The notes under the pieces were generated by a model, which made no database searches, was not told where the DNA came from, and was given only the letters and a program-made list of their open reading frames with translations. Made by a program: the position numbers and the translations under genes. A stretch of 64,000 nt of DNA from the human T2T-CHM13v2.0 reference genome, Homo sapiens, in the NCBI RefSeq assembly GCF_009914755.1, contig NC_060925.1, one strand, 5' to 3'. Positions within the stretch are counted from its first letter, which is position 1. Every line of letters begins with the position of its first letter. Shown here one piece after another: positions 1 to 14,150 of this stretch.

Positions 1-711
<711 letters not shown>

Positions 712-719
712 ACAGGAGC

Positions 720-1347
<628 letters not shown>

Positions 1348-1690
1348 TAGCAGTTGATGGGCCAGAGGTTGTTGTTACACCCAGGTCAGGGTGAAGGTGG
1401 GGCGGGGAGGGTGGTGGCCTCACTCTATCTGGTGAATTTCATTTTGCTGCACCAGGGTTGACGGGGTGGGTGGGATGCTCCGTGACTCAGACCACCAGTT
1501 ATTAAAGATCCCAGATAAATTTATTCTGTGCTTACCTCTTCTCCGTCAGCGACTGGGCTGGGTCACCATTAAACTTGGTCTTAAATATGAATATAGAAAA
1601 GATGATACCTGGGGATAGGCACTGCCCGGTGCCGCAAGAAACCAGCTGTGCCCCTGGCCTGGGCATTTCATCAGCTGAACTGAGCTGTAG

Positions 1691-2081
<391 letters not shown>

Positions 2082-3254
2082 TGAATTTTTAAATCCACAC
2101 AGCCCCTGTGTAAGCATGAGGGAGCAGGGTGAGGGCAGCTGGCCTAGCACACACTTCCCCTCCCCTGTGGACGTTAGGGTTCAGAGATGTGGCCTCAGAA
2201 TGGCAGGCCAGAAGCTGTGGCCGGGCCCACACTGTGCTGACTGGACACCAGCCCTCAGTTCAGCTGTGTTTTCCTCTGCTCCCCATGGTGCTGGGAGTGA
2301 ACCCAAACTCCCCGCAAGGCTCTACGTGGCCCTAGCCTGCCTCCTTGGTTTCAACTCGGACCCCTCTCCCTCCCGCTCAGGAGGCTCTGGACGCCGCCCC
2401 TTCCTTCTGTATCCCCAAAGGGGAACTCATTCCATCCACAGGGTCATCGCACTTTCTGTTCCCTCTTCCTGGAGGCTGCCTCCCCAGACGTGGCCTGGTT
2501 CCTTCCCATTGTCACATCTAAGCTTGGTCCCCAAAGAGACTGTCCCAAGCACCCACTCTAAACAAGCACCTATGAAGTCATCAGAAGCCCCTCTCCTGAG
2601 TGAGTGTCTTCCTCACCCCTCCTCCATCTCGGTTGCCTTGCTCTTTGCCCATCTGCACTGCTTTGAGATCAGAGCTTTGTCTGTCCCTGGCACCCGGAAC
2701 ACCCCCAGCCTCTGTGAGTTTAGGTCGGAAGGCGCTGCGTGGTCTTGGTCTTAATCTACTTTCCAAAGCACATGTCTCGTTCGGGCTGCATCCTAGATGG
2801 TGGGAAGACAGGACTGACTGGAAGCTGGTCTGAGGCTCTCTCTGCAGTCCAGATGTGGATGGCAGGGAGCCTCTGCGGTCCTTGGGCACTGACCCTTGGT
2901 CATGAACTCCTGGCAGGGCAGGAGTCCTGATTTCCTGTGCTTTCTGACTCTAGATCCCAGGCTCTTACCACAAGCTCAGGTTCACCAGGAAGTACTTGGT
3001 TGGTTGCCAGGTTCATTGAGCAGACTGTAGTTGCTCAGTTAACCATAGGCCATCACTTCCAGCTGGGAAGAGCTGGGAATCCAGGTGTGTCTTAAAGGAC
3101 AGGCGGGAAGGAGGGCACTGAGGGCAGGAGGAGGGGAAGGAGAAAAACAGCAGAGACCAGGGGGGATGGCAAGTTAACCTGTCTACAAGGCCAAGTGCAT
3201 CCTGGGAAAGAGGGGTCCCCAAGGAACGGGGTCCATCTTGGGAAAGATCCTGTT

Positions 3255-4005
3255 TTACTTTCCTGAGGCTGCTGTAACAAGCTGGGTGGTTTACAACAGA
3301 AGCTTTTTCTTTCCCAGTTCTGGGAGGTGAAAGTCCAACGGCCAGGTGCAGCCGGGCCATACTTCCTCCGAAGGCCCCAGGGAGGGTCCTTTTTGCCTCC
3401 CCCAGTTTCTGGTGGTGCCGGCAGGCCTGGGCATTCCTCAGCTTGTGGCCACATCGCTCCAACCTCTGCCTCTGCCGTCCCATGGCCATTTTCTCTCTGT
3501 GGGCCTCTGTCTCCAAATCTCTCTCTCCTTATAAGAACACCAGTCATGGCCAGGCACAGTGGCTCATGCTTATAATCCCAGCATCTTGGGAGGCTGAGGC
3601 AAGTGGATCACTTGAGTCCAGGGGTTCAAGACCAGCCTGAGCAATGTGGCAAAACTCTGTCTCTACAAAAAATGCAAAAAATGGCCAGGCATGGTGGCAA
3701 GTGCCTATGATCCCAGCTATTCCTGAGGCTGAAGTGAGGATCACTGAGCCCAGGAGGCAGAGTCTGCAGTGAGCCGAGATCGAACCACTGGCACTCCAGC
3801 CTGGGTGACAGAACAAGACCCTGCCTCAAAAACAAAAAGCAAAAAACAAAAACCCAGTCATTGGATTGAAGGCTGACCCTAATCCAGGACCATCGCATCT
3901 TAACTTGATTACATTTGCAAAGACCTTGTTTCCAAATAAAGTCACACTCACAGGTATCAGGAATTAGGATCTCAACTGTCTTTTGGGGACACATTTCGAC
4001 CTGCC
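3255..4005 (-). mobile_element. MLT1 LTR with nested + strand Alu (3548-3852)
   Basis: MLT1-like motifs on both sides of an Alu flanked by a CCAGTCAT duplication. Confidence 0.7.
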
Positions 4006-4792
4006 ACAGGCCCCAAGGATTGACTCAACACCTTGAGCCTGCGGGGACATCCCTGAGTGTCCTGGGAGGAACCCGGGCTCCCACCGGCTACCTGTGTGAC
4101 CTCAGACAAGTCCCCTGGCCTCTCCATGACTCGATTTCCTTACCCGGAAAGTGGAGACCGGGGTCACTACAGCAGAATTGTCCTGAGGACTAAATAAGCT
4201 CCAGGTGACATAACTCAAAGCTCCAGGCTTGGCTCATTGTGGGAGAGAAATGCAGGCCCTTCCCGTCCCTGGAAAAGGGACCTTCCCACACAGCAGTCGC
4301 TGTCCAGGCACCTGGACTGTCCCCTGTCTATCCATCTTGGGGTCTCACTCGTGCACCTAGTCTCACTTAGAGATGTAGTTCAGTGCCGCGCAGACAAGGG
4401 GCGGAGGCATCAGGAAGGAACAGGAGGAGGGAGGGAGGCGAGCAGCCAGTCATTCCGGAAGAGCTGCCGGGCCAGACGCAGGGGCTGGGAGAAAGCCAGC
4501 TGGCAGGCCCAGTGCTCTCCTTGAGGGCCTGCCCAGGACCACGGCTGGCAGCTGTGTGGGGCTTGGGTCGGGGCTGGGAGGGCTTCTGCTGGCAGCGGGC
4601 ACCACATTGGAGCCTCGGTGGTCATGGTCATCCCAGGCCTGGAAACAGCATCCGTCTGCAGCCCCAGCCTCTCCAGCCCCAGCTTCCCTAAAGGGACAGA
4701 ACAGCCCTTCCCTCCCCCACAGGGCTGCTGCAGGAGAGGTGGGAGGAAAGGCAGAGAGACCCAGACTCCTGCACTGGGTGGTTGCCTTGTAA

Positions 4793-5167
<375 letters not shown>

Positions 5168-6297
5168 CACACCTGTTACACTACCGATCCCCAGGCCCCT
5201 TCCTGGAGGTTTGGGGCATCTTCCCCTGGAGGCTCTTCGGACAAGCAAGGAGAGGGAGCACCACCCATGTGCTGGCGCCGTGGTCATTGTTGTTGGTCTT
5301 GTTACGTCTCAAAGGGTGCTTCTGAGGACAGAAGGAGGAAGAGAAAGAGAGGTGCTCGCTTGGGGCTGGAGAGTTGCATGGGAAACAGCAGCAACTCAGA
5401 GCAGAGCCGGCCATCTCACAGCCGCGGGCCTCTCTCCCCTTTCTGGGCTCCTAGAGTTGGAAGTGAGTGGGGCCATGAGGTCCTGGTGAGCAAGAGGAAG
5501 GAGGAGGAACTGGCTTTGCAGACCGTGCAAAGCCGGTTCCCGGGAAGCACACACATGGCCTGCAGGAGGCCTTGTCCTAGCATCACCTGCAGCTTCAAGC
5601 ACAGTCCACTCAGCCCAACCACAGAATGGGCCCCGCCAGTGGGATGTGCGCTCTGGGCAAGGCTCACATGTCCTGTCATCGGTCCTGTGGCCTCCTCCTT
5701 CCCTCGGCCTCCCACTGTCCCTCCGTGTCAAGTCTCCCACCATCTGATGCGCCCTCTGGCAAGGCCAGTGAGTCACCCTACTCCAGACACAGAACCTGCT
5801 GCTGCCTCACAGGCTCCCGCCATCTGCCCTCCTGCCTCTGCTCTCAGGAGAAGGACACTCCTGGAATTCCACATGGATCCCACCTTCTCCCTGGAGCCCT
5901 GCCATACTCCTGGGCACCGCTGATGCGCTCTCCTGCTGGCTGACTTGGCCTTGAACACGGGTGGCTCAGGCCTTTCCCAGGGACCCTTGCTTCATGCCCC
6001 AGCTGGAGGAAGCCACACTCACAGCACTTAGCCCCTATGGGGTCTTCAGCTCTTACTCTCCTGGTGGACTCCTCCTCCAGGAAGGCCACCGGCCCTGCCT
6101 CCCTTTGTTCTTAGAAACTGCTCCTTTGGGGCAGCCCCTCAACTGTTCAACATCCTCTGCCCTTCCTTGGGCAAGAAGCCACCTTTGGGTGTAAACCACA
6201 CTCCGTTCAGCACGGACAAGGCGGTCTCTGCAGGATGCAGACCCTCAGTCTCACTCTCGGAGGAGCTGCTGGAGGCTGTGCTTTTAAAAGCCATGTC

Positions 6298-6790
<493 letters not shown>

Positions 6791-7001
6791 CTACAGCAGG
6801 GATGCTGTCTGTGGTGCACTCCAGGGACACAGAGCAGAGCTTTTAATGGGGGTGGCTGCTCTCCAGTGAATCACAGCAAGAGCTAGCTGCTTCATCTTAT
6901 CAACAGCAGGTACCGGAGAGACAGAAAAAGAACCAGAAATGGGTTGTAGGTTGAAGTCAACCAGCCACGCTCCATGCCTCTGACCAAAGCCTACCAGCAC
7001 T

Positions 7002-7085
7002 GGGCCGGGCGGTGGCTCACGCCTGTAACCCCAGCACCGGGCCGGGCGGGGGCTCACGCCTGTCATCCCAGCACCGGGCCGGGCG
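7002..7085 (+). repeat. Tandem repeat of the 37-bp Alu 5' head (about 2.3 copies)
   Basis: GGGCCGGGCGGTGGCTCACGCCTGTAACCCCAGCACC repeated, with no Alu body following. Confidence 0.85.
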
Positions 7086-7172
7086 TGTCCCCACACATGA
7101 ATGTTCCAGGCTTCCCTTGTCTGGACGATGTGATCAGGGAGACACCATCCCAGATTCTGGCTGGTAACAGAG

Positions 7173-7345
7173 CAGGCCTCCTCAACCCTGGCACCATTGA
7201 CACTTGGGCTGGACAATTCTCTGTCATGGGGCAGCATCCGTGGCCTCTGCCTACTGCCAGTAGCACCTCCTGCCCAGTTGGGACAACCAAAAATGCCTCC
7301 CTATGCTGCCCAGTGTTCCCTGGGGAACAAAACCCCTCCCAGGTA
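7173..7345 (-). mobile_element. MER20 (hAT-Charlie) DNA transposon
   Basis: CTCAACCCTGGCACCATTGACACTTGGGCTGGACAATTC...ACAACCAAAAATG resembles reverse MER20. Confidence 0.65.
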
Positions 7346-7709
7346 ACATGCACTGATACAGAGTAATCATCTCTGCCACCAATTTTCACAGATTATAACG
7401 GAATATAATGTGCATAATGCAAAAATTATATTGAATTCTTTTTAAAATTACCCTCCACCCCACCTTATTCCAAAAAGGATTGTAGGTGACGTTGTTAAAT
7501 TAATCTGCTACCATGAAATTTTTAAAATAAATAATAGCAAATATGGGGAAAATGGAAAATAAGGGTAGGTCAGTAAAATAAGTCGGTGGTAAAAATAAAA
7601 TACCAAATTCACCCACTAGATGACCAGGCAGTGACTGGTGAGGGCTGTGTGTTTTATACAGACTTTCCGGCAAAGAATAAACCCACTGATTGCTTAGAAG
7701 TCCAGTGTC

Positions 7710-8039
<330 letters not shown>

Positions 8040-8479
8040 TCAAAAAAGAACACAATGTGAGCTAGGAAACGCCATTCCCCCAGTAAGTGGGCATTTGTCT
8101 AGCAGCTGTTTGTGTCCCTTAGTATCATATCATAAGGAACATAAATTAGTCTTTCCTGGGTCCATTGATCCAATATTTATTGAAGGCTTTTGGGCACGTG
8201 ACATGGTGCTGGACGGTGGAGACACCAAGATGACCACATGCAAACTGCTCCCCACCCCCTGGTGTCCCTGGGAAGAACATGGTCAGTGGCGCTCGGAGAA
8301 GGGAGGGGTTACTTGTGCTGGGGGCCTAGCTTCATAGCGCACACACACTGTCTGAGCTGATGTCACAAGTGACTCCGAGTTCAAAGGCAGAGAAACAGGA
8401 AAGGCACTTCCACAGGGAACAGCAGGAATAGAAGCCCAGAGGGTTTTCAGGCAGGTGACTTTTTTGGGGGAGATGGGAA

Positions 8480-9610
<1,131 letters not shown>

Positions 9611-11744
9611 GATGACATTTTACACTTGGTGACTGAAAGTCTCGTGAGTCTCCCTGAACTCTGTGCTGCTTAACGTGCACCACTGGGGTAAGAACACCCC
9701 TGGGGAAGAGTAAGATGCCAGCCATTGTGGGATCCGATGTTGCCAGCCTTTGTGGGATCCGACGGTTTACCAGAGTGCAGAGAATGCGTAAGGAAGAGGT
9801 AGAGGATTTCTGCGTCTCACTAGGCCAGCATGCGTAGCACCACTTGAAGCTCTTGGTAGAAACGCCGCCTTCCGGGCTGAACACCGCCTTCTGGGCTGGG
9901 CCTCAGAGCCACTGATTCCGTAGGTCAGGGGGATGCCCAGGACCCTGCCTTTGTAATAAGTTCCCCTGACATGATCAGATGTTGAACAGCCCTGTCCTAG
10001 ACGGTGAGCGCCATGAGAGCAGGTGCCTTGTGATACACAGTAGGCACCCAGAGGCTCTTTGAACAAATCAATGTGATCCTTTTTATAAATAGGGAAGGGG
10101 GCTGTTGAAAAATTCTGTTAGATAGTCTGAGCAAATTCCATCTTGGCCCTGGCTTTGCACATTTAGGGGAAGTAGGGATGCTAAGATTTGCTGCTGGTCA
10201 CACCCTATAAAGAGCCTCCAAGTAGGGAGAAGGGTAGGGGGCAAAAGACTTAACCTGAGCCCTAGGTAGGGGCCAAAGGTGGAATGGTTGCCATCTGTGC
10301 CTCTTCAGCAGCCCATGAGCTCCCGGGAGGCCAGGGCTGTGGCCTTTGAATCCTGGGGTCCAGCCTCAAGGAGGGGTGGGCTGTGCATAGGGTTGCCTAT
10401 CCCCCGTCACCCCACCACCTTCCAGTGCCCTTAGTACCTCCTGGCAGGACAAGAGGGGGCCCAGAAGGCAGCTCTGACCAGGGTCCACCTGCAGGGTGTG
10501 AGGGGGACACTTGGGATCAGAGGGCAGAGCCAGCCCCTCCGGATGCTGAAGAGGATGAAGTAAAGTAGGGCAGGGGCTTCATTCAGCCATTCACTCACTG
10601 ATTGCAGAGTATGTATTGAGCGTCTGCTGTAACCTAAGTTTTACTGGGAGTGTTGGAATCTCTCTGTCCCTTTGACCCCCGCGTTTCCTTCCTTGGGCCA
10701 TCTGTGTCATAACCATCAAGACGCAGTGGCTTCTTCACATTTCTGGTGATGTTGCTTCTCCATGTGCCAATCCCCCAGCGGATACCCCACTCTCCGGAGG
10801 GAGAACCCCAAGCAGGTGCCGCTGGGCATGCGCCAGGGAGGCTGTGACCGGAGCAAGCACTGCCTTGCTTGGAGCTGGCTGCCTACAAGCTCAGACATCC
10901 AGCCCGCAGAGTCCACCCTGGCTGCAGCGCCTGCCCAGGCCTCAGGCCAGTCCTGGCTCAGCAGCTGTCAGCCCGGAGCAGCCAGCGATGGCCTCAGGGG
11001 ACCAGCCAAGGCAGGCGGCTTGTGCATCCTGCTTCATTAATAATGAATGGCCAGACGCTGCCCGCGCCTCTCCCTGGTCGCCTCATTGACATGGTGGGAG
11101 CCTCAGCCGCCCACAGCGCGCAGAGCCAGGAGCTGGATCCCAGGCCCCCTCAGAAAGACTCAAGAAGCCCCGAGAAGCAGCTGCTCCCCAAGACCCCCTG
11201 AGCTGCTGCCCCAGAAGAGCAGTCACAGCGGCCCTGCGCAGCCCCCCAGGCCATCACCTCCGGCTCCACAAGTGACACCAGAGAGAGCCCTCCCTTCTCC
11301 AGTCCAAGGAAGGCGGGTGTGCTCATCACCCGTCACTCATCATCAGGAGTAACTCACAGCCCAGCCCTGCCCAACACTTTTGGAGACTGTTGGGCTGAGG
11401 ACTTGGGCAGCCAGGGCTGGTTGAGGGTGGGGACAGAGGAAGGACCTGCAGAGACGAGAGATGTGAGGGGAGGAGAAAATGCGCACCCCCCAACCTCCAG
11501 CCGCGCTTCCAGCAGGTCTTCTGTACCTCGGGCCTGGAAATGTGACTCCCTCCCTCAGAGCTGTGCAGCCTTCTTCCCCACCGTTGCCTTCGGAAATCCT
11601 CACTCCTCAAGGAATGCCTGCAGCTTCCTTGGCTTCTGGATAAAGTCTCGTCCTGGTCGGGGGAGAAGAGTTTCTTGGGGACAGATGGCTCCTGAGCCCA
11701 AGGGGACAGGGGACGCAGCCAGGATCTGAGCACCCGGCCTCAGC

Positions 11745-11956
11745 ATGCAGGTGTCCTTCGTTTGCTCGGAGCACAGCCTCAAGGGCCGGGGCCCTGAGGA
11801 TCGGCTGGGCCGACCGGCGGCCAGCAGTCCCAGCCTGGGCTCCCGAGGCCGCTTCCGCGCCGTGGCCATGGTGGCCCGGAGCCTGGGACAGCTGTCGGTG
11901 CAGAGCCTCCCGTGTGCCGGTGACACCAGCGTGAAGCAGCAAAGGATGAAATATAG
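11745..11956 (+). CDS. KCNAB2: Putative alternative first coding exon of KCNAB2 encoding a Kv-beta1.1-like N-terminus (70 aa plus split Arg codon)
   Basis: ATG with A at -3 and an in-frame upstream TGA (11727-11729). Translates MQVSFVCSEHSLKGRGPEDRL...RGRFRAVAMVARSLG...MKY. Donor AG|GTACGG is phase 2, completing AGG (Arg) with the first G of exon 18435. Locally CpG-rich. Confidence 0.8.
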
Positions 11957-13426
11957 GTACGGGGGCACACAGCTTTGCAGGGTGGGGGCTGACCTCCCGG
12001 CCTCCCCAACTCCCCACCTCCTCACTTTCGAGAGCGCATAAAATCTGCAAATCCCCATTTGTCAGACTTGGGCAGTTTGTGCTGAGGGCCGGGAGGGGCT
12101 GTGCTTAGTGCTTGGTAGATGATGAGAAACAGCGTGGAGAATCCGGTCAGTGCTAAGTTTCTTTCTTCCCAGTTTCAGGGGGAGATGGTGAGGGCGCCGT
12201 CTTCCTTCCTTCTGCCTCTGTTTTCTTTCTGAGGGTCGTTTACAATAGCCAAGCCACCAATGCTCCCTTTTCCTGGGGAACCCTGAGGCATGGGCCACAG
12301 GGCCCCCCCAACATCCTCCTGCCCTCCCCTGGGCACACAGGCTCCACAAGATGCCCTGGGGGTGGTCTGATATCTTTCCAGCCAGGCCACCATGACAAAC
12401 ATCCGTTTGATAGTGAGGGACTGTGGGGTGAACCCTGTGATGGAATGAATCTTCCCTCCTCCACCTGAGCCAGGCCCAGGGCCCAATTCCTCTAGCAGGC
12501 GGGACTCTTGCTCCAGCAGGCACAGGCAGCCAGGCCGCATCTGGAGTTTCCCGATGGTCAGCCCAGGCACCTTGCTTCCCTCCACCCGGGCTCAGCCCCC
12601 ATCTGGCTCCCGGTGCTGTGACTTGTATGTGGGGAGGATGCCGACCACTCATGTCAGGAGCAGGGCCTCCCTCCTCTTCCCTGCCGGGGCCTTTCTCCAA
12701 GGCTGGGTGAATGTGCCCAGGATGGAAAAGGGAGGGTCCCAGCTTTGTACAAAGGGTCCCGGGAGCAGGGTTCTGGGGCACCCTTCTGGGGGCCGGCCTT
12801 CCTCACTCCCCATGTAAGTCTCTGAGTCCAGAGCCTTGATTGCGTCCAGAACCATCCTCCAGGCATAAAGGAAGTCTCCACAACACGTGGTCTACAGAAG
12901 CTGGAAAAGCTAAATTAGGTCTCTGGTTCCCAGGTTTCCTGGGAAAGTTTTCCCAAAACAGGAACCGAACTGGGGACAACTCTGCTTTTCAGTGACCTGA
13001 AACTGGAGTGCAGGCCACCAGCCTCAGAAACAGCCACAAACTGTTCTCATTGCATTTGGGAATCTTCTGGGTTTATAGCTGGTATGGGTGCCAACCTGAA
13101 AAGCATTGTGAGTCCATCCTGATGCCTGAGCTGTGTGGCTTAAACCTCTACAAAACCAATGCCTGAGAGTTGGGCCTCGTGTGAAAACCGTGTCATCTAA
13201 GCCAACCCTTGCTGGAGGTGAATTCTGGGATGACTCTGGGGGTCCTGCATCCACATTCGTGTCTCTTCCTTCCCTGCGTCCTGGGAGGGTGAGACATGCT
13301 TTAATGAACCTCTGGGCTGAAAGTGTCCAATCCTCTAAGCTTAATGACAGTCCAGAATGGAATTCTCTGTTCTAGAAGCTCTGGGGTTTACATCTTTTGT
13401 TAAGTAGGGATCAAAAGCTAAAATTA

Positions 13427-13808
<382 letters not shown>

Positions 13809-14033
13809 TCAAAGGAGTTAAAAGCGGGACTATTTCTAAACATAAGGCACTATGTAATTGGAAAGTGTGGCTGTTAACACTGTTTCCCTCCTAAAACTCA
13901 TTGAGGAGTGGCTCTCAGAGGGTGAATGCTCACCACGCCCATGTGTGTGCTTATGTGTGCATGCACACACGTGCGTGCTGGAGGCAGGGAGGGCAAGACA
14001 GGGCAGTGAAGGGGGGTGTTCATCAGGCTGGCA

Positions 14034-14150
14034 GGTTTGCAGTCTGTGGACCAGAGTTCAAATCCCAGCCCTGGCACTCTCTGACTGAGGGCGGGTTTGC
14101 AGTCTGCAGACCAGAGTTCAAATCCCAGCCCTAGCACTCTCTGACTGAGG
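14034..14150 (+). repeat. 60-bp tandem duplication of a MIR-like segment
   Basis: Two near-identical copies of GGTTTGCAGTCTG..GACCAGAGTTCAAATCCCAGCCCT.GCACTCTCTGACTGAGG. Confidence 0.85.
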
